From the IMG/VR virus record IMGVR_UViG_3300025732_000021, positions 32,001 to 96,000 of that record: a stretch of 64,000 bases of DNA. One strand, written 5' to 3'. The stretch's first letter is position 1, and each line of letters opens with the position of its first letter. The translations under genes and the position numbers were made by a program. The notes under the pieces were generated by a model. It worked only from the letters and a program-made list of their open reading frames with translations. It was not told where the DNA came from and did no database searches. Below are positions 55,026 to 64,000 of this stretch, one piece after another. This stretch comes from a virus.

Positions 55026-55872
55026 CTTCTAGCAACTCCAGAGGTTTAATTTTAATTACCCCTGTCTCTGCTTCAGCACATGCTTTTTGAATAGGACAAA
55101 CTTTGCATATTTTAGAATTAGATCTGTAGGGTTTTTGTGGTAACTCCTGCTTTTTCCAACTTGCATATACATCTTTCATCCAATCAAATGCCTGGTCTAC
55201 CCACCGACGGAAATGATCGTTCATTACAACTGGCAAGGTTAATAGTTCATGATTATTTTTGTTCTCATAAATCATTACACCCTTATCCACTTTCCATACC
55301 CTCATATAAATTAATAGTTGCATAAGATGACCCATCTTAGGCTTCTTACTATTCTTTTTATATTCAAAACCTTCATTAGTGATAGTTTTAATTTCACCAA
55401 TAACTCGCTCATTATTAATATTAAGCATAACATCGCCATAACCATCAAATGGTGGATTTTCTAAACTTACTCTAAACTCCATTGAAGGATGTGTTTGTTT
55501 ATTATACTTTCTTGGAACTGGATCCATAACCATGTCTTTATCAAGCAACCCAGAAGCCTCTATTGCTTCTTGTATTCTTTCATGACCCAAAGTTCCATTT
55601 GTTCTGTTTGCAACACCATATGCATCTGAGTTATCATGAAATACTGCTCCATCAAATGCTAGATACCAATATCTTGGACATTCACCAGCACCATAAGTTA
55701 AGCCAGATGCAGAAAAATTAGTCTTTTTACTAAACTTAGGTTTAGTTTTAGTTAAATATCCAGACTGTATTTTTTCAATTAAACCATCAATAAAAGACAT
55801 ATCTTCTAGATCTTTTGCTGTTTTATTTATTTTTGAATCTTTAATCATTACTTCTTTTAATAAATTTTTCAT
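55012..55872 (-). CDS. Cas4-like PD-(D/E)xK exonuclease
   Basis: CPRYW, GT..HE, GYGD...EIKT, QLLIY, CKVCP...C. Confidence 0.8.
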   Translation of the reverse strand: MKNLLKEVMIKDSKINKTAKDLEDMSFIDGLIEKIQSGYLTKTKPKFSKKTNFSASGLTYGAGECPRYWYLAFDGAVFHDNSDAYGVANRTNGTLGHERIQEAIEASGLLDKDMVMDPVPRKYNKQTHPSMEFRVSLENPPFDGYGDVMLNINNERVIGEIKTITNEGFEYKKNSKKPKMGHLMQLLIYMRVWKVDKGVMIYENKNNHELLTLPVVMNDHFRRWVDQAFDWMKDVYASWKKQELPQKPYRSNSKICKVCPIQKACAEAETGVIKIKPLELLEDEKL

Positions 55873-55905
55873 TGTTATCCTTTGTTTATACTATTATAGC
55901 AGGTA

Positions 55906-56211
55906 TCATCTAGTTATATATTTAAGTGCAGATACAAGATTATTTATAGATTCTGCAGCAGTATAATAAAGGTTCTTTTTGCCTCTATTAGATTTATCTA
56001 CATTTGCCATCCAAGTGGCTCTTAATGCCATCTTAGATGCTATTGCTTGTAATCTAACTATCTCTAAAGTTGCAACATTCATAGGAATATCTGGTTTTAG
56101 TATTAACTTTGCAATTGTAGTTAATGCAACAGTAAACTCTTCATCTTCCATATATTCTGCGATTTCTGAAAGACCATTAATCATTTCTAGTGTAGTTTGT
56201 TGTTGTTCCAT
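55906..56211 (-). CDS. hypothetical helical protein
   Basis: Replication-region context. Confidence 0.7.
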   Translation of the reverse strand: MEQQQTTLEMINGLSEIAEYMEDEEFTVALTTIAKLILKPDIPMNVATLEIVRLQAIASKMALRATWMANVDKSNRGKKNLYYTAAESINNLVSALKYITR

Positions 56212-56999
56212 TACCCCATCGATTCTGGCGGAATGCCGTCTTTTATACCATCTTCAGCCCATAATTTAAATGCAGCCTGCATGTCTGGCCTTGCTTGTAA
56301 TTTATCTAAATATTCACGTCTTTTATCAGGATATTTTTCTGGATCTATTGGATTTTCTTCTCCATTAAATCTATAACTTGTAATAGGGCAATAGTCCATA
56401 CTAATAATTTCACAAAACTCTCCCTCTTTAAACTTACGTTTTGGTCTCCAGTGAATCTGATTTACAGCACTAAATACTATAGTTTGTCCTGGACCAAGTG
56501 TGTATCTTGTAAAGTTTCCAGTATCATCCCAGTTACCAACATATAGATCCCACTCAATATTAGTATCTGGACAATAATTAATAGTAACAAGATTTTCATC
56601 AGCATCTAAATGTGGAGGTAGTGCTGGACTATTATCACCATAACCATATTTTAAATTATAATCAATATAATTCCAATGACATAGAGCGATTGGTTCTTTA
56701 TATAAAGGTTTAGCAATTGAGTCTAATATTTCCTCACAATCTTTAGGCATATCAAATTCAATTAAAACACGGGACATATTTTTTGCTATTTTTGGCTGAA
56801 ACCTACTTTTAAATGTTCCAGTTCTAATATATCCATCTTCAATTCTATCGCCAATAACAAATGGTTCTAATTTTCTGTTTTCTTTAATGATTGACATAAT
56901 TCTATTTTTTTGATCATCATTAAATAAGTTATCTATATAAAATGGTAATGGTTTATTGTACTTATCAAACCCAGTTAAATAATTATGAATCTGAGCCAT
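56211..56999 (-). CDS. 2OG-Fe(II) oxygenase-like protein (HWR subfamily)
   Basis: LPPHLD, NIEWDL, NQIHWRPK. Confidence 0.7.
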   Translation of the reverse strand: MAQIHNYLTGFDKYNKPLPFYIDNLFNDDQKNRIMSIIKENRKLEPFVIGDRIEDGYIRTGTFKSRFQPKIAKNMSRVLIEFDMPKDCEEILDSIAKPLYKEPIALCHWNYIDYNLKYGYGDNSPALPPHLDADENLVTINYCPDTNIEWDLYVGNWDDTGNFTRYTLGPGQTIVFSAVNQIHWRPKRKFKEGEFCEIISMDYCPITSYRFNGEENPIDPEKYPDKRREYLDKLQARPDMQAAFKLWAEDGIKDGIPPESMG

Positions 57000-57600
57000 T
57001 TGTCCAACCTCCTGCATCAAAATATGCCTTTCTATATGCTGCAACCTTTTCGTCCATTCTTTGATTTAGGTCTGGTTCTTTTGGTCCAGATGTTGGATCT
57101 GAAAAATGACAGAATATCATTTCTACAAAATCACCTTCTTTAAATAAAGTTGGCTTTCTCCAATGAACTTGATGAGTTCCACTAAAAGTTATAGCCTGAT
57201 TATCTTTTAATACAAACTCTTTATCTGGCTCAACCACTATTGGCCAACTAATGTTTGAACTTAACTGATAATCAAATGTAAACCTTGGCTCCTTAAAAGT
57301 TTCATCATAATGCGGAAATAAGGAAGGTTTAAAATGAAACTTGCCACAATTACTGGTTACGTTCTCATATCTTGCAAAACAATGCTCTGTTAGTACTAAA
57401 TTATTGTTTCCACTAACCTGTCTTGCTAATCTTGTAAATTTTTCTGCGACAGCATTTTCAAGTTGTATAAATAGGTTTGCCTGACAATGCTCTTGTACAA
57501 AATTACCGCCAGTGTTTCTAGAAATAGATGCTCTTACAGAATTTATTCCATCCTGATTTAAGATATCATCTAGTATTACATTATTTTCATTATGCTTCAT
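56983..57600 (-). CDS. 2OG-Fe(II) oxygenase-like protein (HWR subfamily)
   Basis: LFPHYD, FDYQLSSNISWPI, LKDNQA..FSGTHQVHWR. Confidence 0.7.
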   Translation of the reverse strand: MKHNENNVILDDILNQDGINSVRASISRNTGGNFVQEHCQANLFIQLENAVAEKFTRLARQVSGNNNLVLTEHCFARYENVTSNCGKFHFKPSLFPHYDETFKEPRFTFDYQLSSNISWPIVVEPDKEFVLKDNQAITFSGTHQVHWRKPTLFKEGDFVEMIFCHFSDPTSGPKEPDLNQRMDEKVAAYRKAYFDAGGWTNGSDS

Positions 57601-58232
57601 TATTTTCCTCCGTTATATTTTTCTGCAAAATCCCAAATTTCTTCACTTGTATAAGTACAATCATTTATATTTTTATCCTCTAATTCAATATGAAAAAATA
57701 ACATTTTAACATACTCTCCACTATTCCAACTTCTTTTTGCTCTCCAGTGGTAATTTTTAGTTGTTATAATGCCAAGAGCATCATTATTTGACAATGAGTA
57801 GACGTCTTTATTTATTCCTATTGGCCAATCTATGTTTGAATCTAACTGATAGTCTAAGACAAAATCAGATGCGTCAGGATGGTCTTTATGTGGATTTAAA
57901 TATGGCTGTCCGTTATCTCCATATTTTGGATTATATTCAACATATGTAATTCCAGTAATACCTGTTACTTTCATATTCATTTCTGAACAAATATCATCAG
58001 CACATTCTTTTGCTACAGTAATAATTTCATACGGCAAAACAAACTTATCTATATCTAACCTAGAAAGTAACTCTTTCTTAATTGCAATAAATTTTTTATC
58101 ATTCGGATACTCATGCCCAGTCTTTGAATCATACCAGTCTATCTGTTCTCTACTGGATAACTCTTTATCAACACATTCATATATTTTTGCTATGTGTTCA
58201 TTTGAAAAAACATTTTTTCTAATTAGACCCAT
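57600..58232 (-). CDS. 2OG-Fe(II) oxygenase-like protein (HWR subfamily)
   Basis: LNPHKD, LDYQLDSNIDWPI, YHWR. Confidence 0.7.
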   Translation of the reverse strand: MGLIRKNVFSNEHIAKIYECVDKELSSREQIDWYDSKTGHEYPNDKKFIAIKKELLSRLDIDKFVLPYEIITVAKECADDICSEMNMKVTGITGITYVEYNPKYGDNGQPYLNPHKDHPDASDFVLDYQLDSNIDWPIGINKDVYSLSNNDALGIITTKNYHWRAKRSWNSGEYVKMLFFHIELEDKNINDCTYTSEEIWDFAEKYNGGK

Positions 58233-58239
58233 ATCTCCA

Positions 58240-58524
58240 TTATACCTTATCGATTAACTCTTCTAATATGCTTAGTTCTATAATAGCAAGTCTAACTTTT
58301 TTATTTCCCTCTCCAAGGATAACCATAATTGCTGGGTCATTTCCATTTCTTATGGCATCAGTAGTTGCTTTAGCCCAAACATCATGGTTAAGGGTAAAGG
58401 ATTTTGAATTTTCCTTAAAGTCTATAGTAAAATTTTTCCAAGTAGCGTCGCCCTTTTTTATATTTCTACCAGAATTTTTATGCTGTTTAGCACCTATTCT
58501 TTTACTTTCATTTTTTTCACTCAT
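58240..58524 (-). CDS. small PD-(D/E)xK nuclease (Holliday-junction-resolvase-like)
   Basis: E...SG...KGD...IDFKE. Confidence 0.65.
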   Translation of the reverse strand: MSEKNESKRIGAKQHKNSGRNIKKGDATWKNFTIDFKENSKSFTLNHDVWAKATTDAIRNGNDPAIMVILGEGNKKVRLAIIELSILEELIDKV

Positions 58525-58693
58525 TTGTTTTTATTTTCTTATATCCTACTTTATAAAGTTGTACTTCAGAGAGATGTTTATCTTGACACATCCATGATGC
58601 CATGCCTGTTGCTGGATATAGTCTCATTGTTTTTACCTCTTTTTTACATACTTTACAAGAAAACTTTCCTTGATAAATAGAATATTTATCCAC
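58517..58693 (-). CDS. small zinc-ribbon protein (missed by the ORF track)
   Basis: GTG start; CKVC...WMCQDKH; overlaps the recA stop and the next start. Confidence 0.6.
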   Translation of the reverse strand: MDKYSIYQGKFSCKVCKKEVKTMRLYPATGMASWMCQDKHLSEVQLYKVGYKKIKTNE

Positions 58694-59699
58694 TAATCTT
58701 ATTCTTAATCATATCTTGTAGATCAAGATCCTCTCTTACACGATTTACAAAGGCATCTCTTCCTTGAACCTTAGATCCATCTGGAAGCAAGTACCATGCT
58801 CCAGTACGTTCTACTATGCCAACAAGTTCAGCAGTGTCAACAAGATCAGCGACAGAATCAATGCCCAAACTATCGCCTCTAAAATAGAAGTCATACTCAC
58901 CAGACTGAAAAGCAGGAGAAGTTTTGGAAAACTGGAGTTCCCATCTAATCTTTCTACCAACTTTTTCTTCAATAGCCTTGTCACCAACATATATTTTTCC
59001 TTTCAGTGCTTGATTATCAGATTCAGATGAAAATAATTTAACTACAGTAGAAGAATAAAACTTAGTTGCCTGCCCTCCAGTTGGTTGCTGGCTTGTATAC
59101 ATAGCATTAATATTATTTCTAGATTGAGAAATAAGTATTAGCAATGTTGGCTTCGCTTTATTATTTGCATAGTTAAGCATTTTCCAGGCATTGCTAAAGT
59201 CACGAGACTCAGCACCAATTTGTTTTGTATTTTCTAACTGCTTCAATTCTGACGAATCTTTTTCAAAATAAATTGCTGGCAGCAAAGACGTAATTGAATC
59301 AACAACAATAATATCCACTCCAGCCTCTATTAGATTTACTCCAACATCGACCATTTCATTTATTGTCCTTGCCTGAGAAACAATTAATTTAGATGTATCT
59401 ACTCCTAATTTTTCTGCCCAATCTTTATCATAAGACATTTCTGCGTCTATCCATGCACATATTTTGCCTTCTTTTTGAGCCAGTGCAATTGTCTGAAGAC
59501 ATAGAGATGATTTGGCGGATGACTTTGATCCCCAAATAAGCACTTGGCGACCATAAGGCAAACCACCATTCAGTGCACGATTTAATCCAAAACTTGGTGT
59601 TACGGCATATTCTGTCTTTGGAACTTCGTCACCAACAAGAATGCTTTTTCTTAATTTAGGGTTTAGTTGTGCTAATACATCTTCAAGGCTAACCGACAT
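58686..59699 (-). CDS. recA: RecA/UvsX-like recombinase
   Basis: GGLPYGR, GSKSSAKS (variant Walker A), WIDAE, IVVDS, TGG.ATKFYSS, GAWY. Confidence 0.9.
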   Translation of the reverse strand: MSVSLEDVLAQLNPKLRKSILVGDEVPKTEYAVTPSFGLNRALNGGLPYGRQVLIWGSKSSAKSSLCLQTIALAQKEGKICAWIDAEMSYDKDWAEKLGVDTSKLIVSQARTINEMVDVGVNLIEAGVDIIVVDSITSLLPAIYFEKDSSELKQLENTKQIGAESRDFSNAWKMLNYANNKAKPTLLILISQSRNNINAMYTSQQPTGGQATKFYSSTVVKLFSSESDNQALKGKIYVGDKAIEEKVGRKIRWELQFSKTSPAFQSGEYDFYFRGDSLGIDSVADLVDTAELVGIVERTGAWYLLPDGSKVQGRDAFVNRVREDLDLQDMIKNKISG

Positions 59700-62600
59700 T
59701 TATATCCTCCAATATTACTGTACCGTCTTTAGTTTTACCCAATTCAAATTTATATGCATGTCCTTCTTCAATCTTCATATATGCTTTAGCAAATGCAGTA
59801 GGAAATACTGTTACTGGATGAAGTTCTCTAGAAGTATCTGCCAAAGTTAAAGAAGCCATTTTTTTGCCTGCTTTTGTTATTCTAGGCTTGAATGATATTA
59901 CAAATAGTTCATCATCTTTGTATGGTAGCATCCTGTAATTTAAAAACTTAATTAATGCAGCATCTGAATTTTTTATTTCATCCACAGGAACAGCACTAAC
60001 AATTCTATTATCAGAACAGAGTGCAATATAACTTCGTCCAGCCTCAATTGTTGTTTGCTCTTCATCAAATACTCCTATGCTTCCAGTCTTATCTAATATT
60101 TCTACACGAGACCAACCTTTGCCACGCTTAATTCCTTTAACCATTCCCATAAGAATAAAAGATCCTTTTTCTTCAAAATCTTCTACAGGATTTATAAAAG
60201 CATGATAGTGTGATGGAACTGTCTGCGTGAATTCTGGCAAACCTAAATATTCATAAAGATTTTCACGAATCTCATTATCATTTCTTGGATTATCTGGAAA
60301 TGTTGCAGCACCAATAACTCTTAATGCTTCCAATGCTCTACTGTTTACTCCATTTCCTTTTGTAAACGTGAAATCTCTAAGTGCTTCAAAAGATTTAAAA
60401 GGTCGTGCCGATATATAGCGTTCTGCAATTTTATCAGAGATGAACTTGATCCCCGAGAGTCCAAACCGAATACCCTTACCCTCAATTTTAAAATCAATAT
60501 CCGAATCATTAATGTGAGGCAACTTAATGCTAATGCCCATTCTTTTCGCTTCAATAAGATATTCAGTTCGTGCATCCTTGTCCCTTTCATTTTTTAGCAA
60601 TGAGTACATAAACTCAATTGGATAATAATACTTTAGCCATGCCGTCCAATACGAGAGCGTAGAGTAAGCAACCGCATGAGACTTGTTGAACGAATAACCC
60701 GCATGCGCCTCAAAGTCATGCCATAAATCACGAGCCTGATTAGGACTAATAAACTTAGAAGCACCATCAACGAACTTATCACGAAACGCATCAAACTCTC
60801 TAGCATCTTTCTTTTTACCAATGATCTTACGAACTTTATCAGCCTCAGACCACGACATTCCTCCCAACTGAACACAGGCTTGCATAACCTGCTCTTGGTA
60901 TAGGATACACCCATATGTTTCTTCTGTAAAAGGTTTCATGGTTTGGTGCAAATAATTAACTGACTGCCTACCATGCTTTCTTTCAATATAATCTTTTCCA
61001 ATAGTATTCATGGCTCCTGGGCGAACAAGAGCATTTGATGCAGCCAATTCAGCAAGATTTTTTACTCCCATTTTAACTAAAAGGTTTGTATATGGTGTTG
61101 CTTCACATTGAAATACACCTTTTGTATAGCCTTCAGAAAGCATTTGGTAAACCTTTTGGTCTTGCATATCTAGTCCTAAAAGATTTATTTCTGTTCCTTC
61201 TCTTTCCTTAATAATCTTTAAGGTATCATTAATAACACTTAAAGTTTTAAGACCAAGTGCGTCGATTTTGATGAGTCCGATTTTTTCAGCCTCTTCCATA
61301 TCAACTGCCACAACTGGTATACGATCATCGCTGCCAGGAGAGTTGCGTGTCTCCATCGGTGCGTACCTAAAAATAGGATTTTTACTAGTGACAACACCAG
61401 CAGCATGTATGCCAGTACCTCTAATACGGCCACGAAGTTGTTCTCCATATTGTTCCACCTCTGGATATTTTTCTCTAAACCATGCAGTTGTTTTTGAAGT
61501 ACAATATTCATCCCATGTATCTACTAACTTCAATACTTTGTTTACATCTGCTAATGGAATATTTAATGCACGAGCAACATCTCGCACAACACCTTTATCC
61601 TTAAATTCTAAAAATGTAGCAATAGAAGCAACATGCTTATATTGTCTAACAAGATAATCTTTTACTTCGTCACGACGAGAATCTTGAATATCTGTATCAA
61701 TATCTGGAAAGTCATTACGCTCTGGATTAATAAATCGGAAGAATAGAAGTCCGTGTTTTAATGGGTCAATATCTGTAATACCTAATGCATAACACAAAAG
61801 AGATCCAGCAGAAGATCCACGACCTGGACCAACCATGATTCCTTCTTTTTTAGCCCATGAAATCATGCTTTGTACAACTAGAAAATAAGGTCCAAAATTT
61901 TTATCTTTAATAACCTTTAATTCTTCTTCAAGTCTATCAAGATATTCTTGATTAGTGTCAAGCCCTTTATCTTTCAAACCCTCAATAGCCAGTTCTTTTA
62001 ATTGTTTATCTGGATTTTTATATTGAACTGGCAATAAATTTAATCCATCTTGTATGTCATAATCTTCAATCTTATTGGCAAGATCAATAGTATTTTCATA
62101 AATGTCAGTTCTCCATACCGCCTGCTTTTCCATTGCCTCTTTGATTTCTTCATAAGATAATAGGTGAATATCAAACTTATTAAATGACATCTGTCTATCA
62201 GCACCATATAAATAATCAAGACGCTTCATTAAGTCACCTTGCTTTTTAGACTTTTCATATGTAGCATCTTTTTGAATCTTATTAGAATATGTATTAAGAA
62301 TTAATTTTAATTCTTGAATCTCTTTTTGTGATTGATCAACATGATGACAGTCTGGAGTTACAATTGGCTTAATATTAAATTCATCTGCTAACTGTAAAAT
62401 TGTTCTATTAATTGATTCATTATTATGTGGCATTACCTCAAGATAATAATCACCACCAAATTCTTCTTTAAACCATTTAATATATTTCTTTGCCATACCA
62501 AGTTCACCAAGTTCAATTGATTTAGCAACGATTCCGCTTGGGCATGCAGAAGATACAATTATGCCCTCTTTGTATTTGGAAAGAACTTCAAAATCTATTC

Positions 62601-62967
62601 TGGGTTTTTTGTAATAACCTTCTGTCCAAGCAATTTCATTTAATTTATTCAGATTTTCTAAACCAACCTTGTTCTTGGCTAGAAGGATTATATGGTTATA
62701 AACCATATCTAGTTGATCGGTTCTTTCGCCTTTATCTCTTTGATCAAAGCGATCCTCACACATATAACCTTCTATGCCAAGAATAGGCTTTATACCACTT
62801 GCTTTAGCAACACGATACATCTCTCTATGGCCAGAAAGGGAGCCATGGTCTGTAATCGATATTGCAGGCATACCCAAGTTTTTAGCACGTTCAACATATT
62901 CAGACGGCAACCCAATTCCGTCAAATAGTGAAAAATGGGTATGTAAATGAAGTGGTACGTAGTTCAT
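59689..62967 (-). CDS. dnaE: DNA polymerase III alpha subunit
   Basis: PHP HLHTHFSLFDG/TDHG, GPGRGSSAGS, PDIDTD, KIDALGL, GVFQ, YSFNKSHA. Confidence 0.95.
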   Translation of the reverse strand: MNYVPLHLHTHFSLFDGIGLPSEYVERAKNLGMPAISITDHGSLSGHREMYRVAKASGIKPILGIEGYMCEDRFDQRDKGERTDQLDMVYNHIILLAKNKVGLENLNKLNEIAWTEGYYKKPRIDFEVLSKYKEGIIVSSACPSGIVAKSIELGELGMAKKYIKWFKEEFGGDYYLEVMPHNNESINRTILQLADEFNIKPIVTPDCHHVDQSQKEIQELKLILNTYSNKIQKDATYEKSKKQGDLMKRLDYLYGADRQMSFNKFDIHLLSYEEIKEAMEKQAVWRTDIYENTIDLANKIEDYDIQDGLNLLPVQYKNPDKQLKELAIEGLKDKGLDTNQEYLDRLEEELKVIKDKNFGPYFLVVQSMISWAKKEGIMVGPGRGSSAGSLLCYALGITDIDPLKHGLLFFRFINPERNDFPDIDTDIQDSRRDEVKDYLVRQYKHVASIATFLEFKDKGVVRDVARALNIPLADVNKVLKLVDTWDEYCTSKTTAWFREKYPEVEQYGEQLRGRIRGTGIHAAGVVTSKNPIFRYAPMETRNSPGSDDRIPVVAVDMEEAEKIGLIKIDALGLKTLSVINDTLKIIKEREGTEINLLGLDMQDQKVYQMLSEGYTKGVFQCEATPYTNLLVKMGVKNLAELAASNALVRPGAMNTIGKDYIERKHGRQSVNYLHQTMKPFTEETYGCILYQEQVMQACVQLGGMSWSEADKVRKIIGKKKDAREFDAFRDKFVDGASKFISPNQARDLWHDFEAHAGYSFNKSHAVAYSTLSYWTAWLKYYYPIEFMYSLLKNERDKDARTEYLIEAKRMGISIKLPHINDSDIDFKIEGKGIRFGLSGIKFISDKIAERYISARPFKSFEALRDFTFTKGNGVNSRALEALRVIGAATFPDNPRNDNEIRENLYEYLGLPEFTQTVPSHYHAFINPVEDFEEKGSFILMGMVKGIKRGKGWSRVEILDKTGSIGVFDEEQTTIEAGRSYIALCSDNRIVSAVPVDEIKNSDAALIKFLNYRMLPYKDDELFVISFKPRITKAGKKMASLTLADTSRELHPVTVFPTAFAKAYMKIEEGHAYKFELGKTKDGTVILEDINVG

Positions 62968-62970
62968 CTA

Positions 62971-63633
62971 CTACCAGTCGATGTTTGTCGCTGATGTAGT
63001 AGATGGAGAGTCGAATCCAAGATAAAATGCTTCTTGTTCGGCATATGGCACACGACGAAGCGCCTTCTCCAATGGGTATGGCTCAATACCTTCCCACTTA
63101 AATGGCTCCTTATCTGGAGCAGATGGAATTAAAGTATAAGATGTTTCAGTTCCCTGACCATTACGCTTTAACTTCCATTGTAAATTTGAAATGCTACCAG
63201 TTTCTAGTGCATATTCACGAATTGTATTGAATGCGGATTGCTTGCTTACACCCATAGACCAAATTGCGACATAGGGCTTATCTTCAATCCCATCATCAAC
63301 AAGAACATTACAATAAAAACGAAGACGACCACGCCATCCACTGTTTCCCTTTGGATCTTTGCGATACATCTCTTCAGCCCAGTCACGACCTTCTGTATCC
63401 ATTGTGTCTACAGCCTTACGCTTATAGTCCTTTGGATTTGTATGTTCTTTTACAACAAGTGCAAGACCACGGTCTTCTACATAATGTGCAGAATCTTCAT
63501 CAAGTTCTTCGATGAATCTAATCTTTACAGATTGTCCATCTGCCAACTTGAGCCATCGCACCTTTGGTGCACCTTCATCATTTTTCTTATCGAGCAGGGC
63601 GTTGATATTTTTTAGTCCCTTAATAACGCTCAT
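62971..63633 (-). CDS. single-stranded DNA-binding protein (gp32-like)
   Basis: WLKLADGQSVKIRF, LKRNGQGTETSY, C-terminal ...IDW tail; adjacent to dnaE. Confidence 0.65.
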   Translation of the reverse strand: MSVIKGLKNINALLDKKNDEGAPKVRWLKLADGQSVKIRFIEELDEDSAHYVEDRGLALVVKEHTNPKDYKRKAVDTMDTEGRDWAEEMYRKDPKGNSGWRGRLRFYCNVLVDDGIEDKPYVAIWSMGVSKQSAFNTIREYALETGSISNLQWKLKRNGQGTETSYTLIPSAPDKEPFKWEGIEPYPLEKALRRVPYAEQEAFYLGFDSPSTTSATNIDW

Positions 63634-63663
63634 TTTTTCTCCTTTGTTTTATACTAGTATACA

Positions 63664-64000
63664 TTAAAAGGTAACATCTGTCAAGTGCTTAGATAAATAC
63701 TCTTTAACATCTATTCCTTCAAAGTTTTTTGCTTCATTATACAGTTTATCATATGCTTGCTTAGTTTGCAAATCTGAATACAAATTAGATCTATTAAACT
63801 GTCCAGTATTTACATATGTAGTCATCCATGACTGATATCCAAATGTTTTATTAGTATTTGAAATAACGTATTGTGATATATAATCTTTATCTAATTCTCT
63901 TAATACATTTTCTGCATATTCTGGCATTTTATTTTCTATTTTAAAGTTTTTCCAAAATTCAGAATTATCTTTGTCAGTTAAATAATGTATATAAATAAAT
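63664..64000 (-). CDS. C-terminal part of a second tryptophan-halogenase-family protein (runs off the window)
   Basis: Frame open to the window edge: FIYIHYLTDKDNSEFWK resembles FVGMHYALSQREDTPYWK of 25135..26679. Confidence 0.6.
   Translation of the reverse strand, partial: FIYIHYLTDKDNSEFWKNFKIENKMPEYAENVLRELDKDYISQYVISNTNKTFGYQSWMTTYVNTGQFNRSNLYSDLQTKQAYDKLYNEAKNFEGIDVKEYLSKHLTDVTF

Noticed and set aside
55012-55872. Cas4-like gene as part of a CRISPR-Cas system
   Set aside because: No cas1/cas2 or array; stand-alone Cas4-like nucleases are common in phage recombination modules
51344-62967. Inteins or introns in terminase, RecA or DnaE
   Set aside because: ORFs are continuous and of normal length, with no splicing or homing-endonuclease motifs seen
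1-64000. Stop-codon reassignment
   Set aside because: Long conserved genes read intact in the standard code; TAA, TAG and TGA all end genes; no suppressor tRNA found

Overview
The window is an AT-rich fragment of a large tailed dsDNA phage. WhiB, GAAAGGA Shine-Dalgarno sites, many leaderless genes and DnaE/RecA/Cas4-like/RuvC/SSB genes point to an actinobacterial host, plausibly a freshwater low-GC lineage (inference). Layout: (1) 1-9.2 kb is an early/host-takeover block of small + strand genes with ten 17-bp-spaced extended -10 promoters and dense non-coding signals. (2) 9.25-9.95 kb is an iteron-like repeat zone. (3) 10-46 kb is a large accessory region: 8 tRNAs, Hsp20, a CDGSH protein, three RsmI-like methyltransferases, 2OG-Fe(II) oxygenases (10 in the whole window), sulfotransferases, SGNH proteins, a flavin halogenase, an APS kinase fusion, a carbamoyltransferase and a RuBisCO-like/cupin/nucleotidyltransferase/GT61 operon. 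(4) 46-51 kb holds lysis and cell-surface genes. (5) 51-64 kb holds the terminase and replication/recombination genes. The most striking unexplained signal is a five-copy RNA element (NNNC-CU-GAGCA-N-GNNN...AAAC-UGCUY) with fully covarying pairing that folds as an H-type pseudoknot downstream of stop codons. Nearby are hairpins whose loops are complementary to early-gene ribosome-binding sites or leaders, and arrays of CRP-, DnaA- and WhiA-type boxes. All calls come from motif reading by eye; no database search was run.
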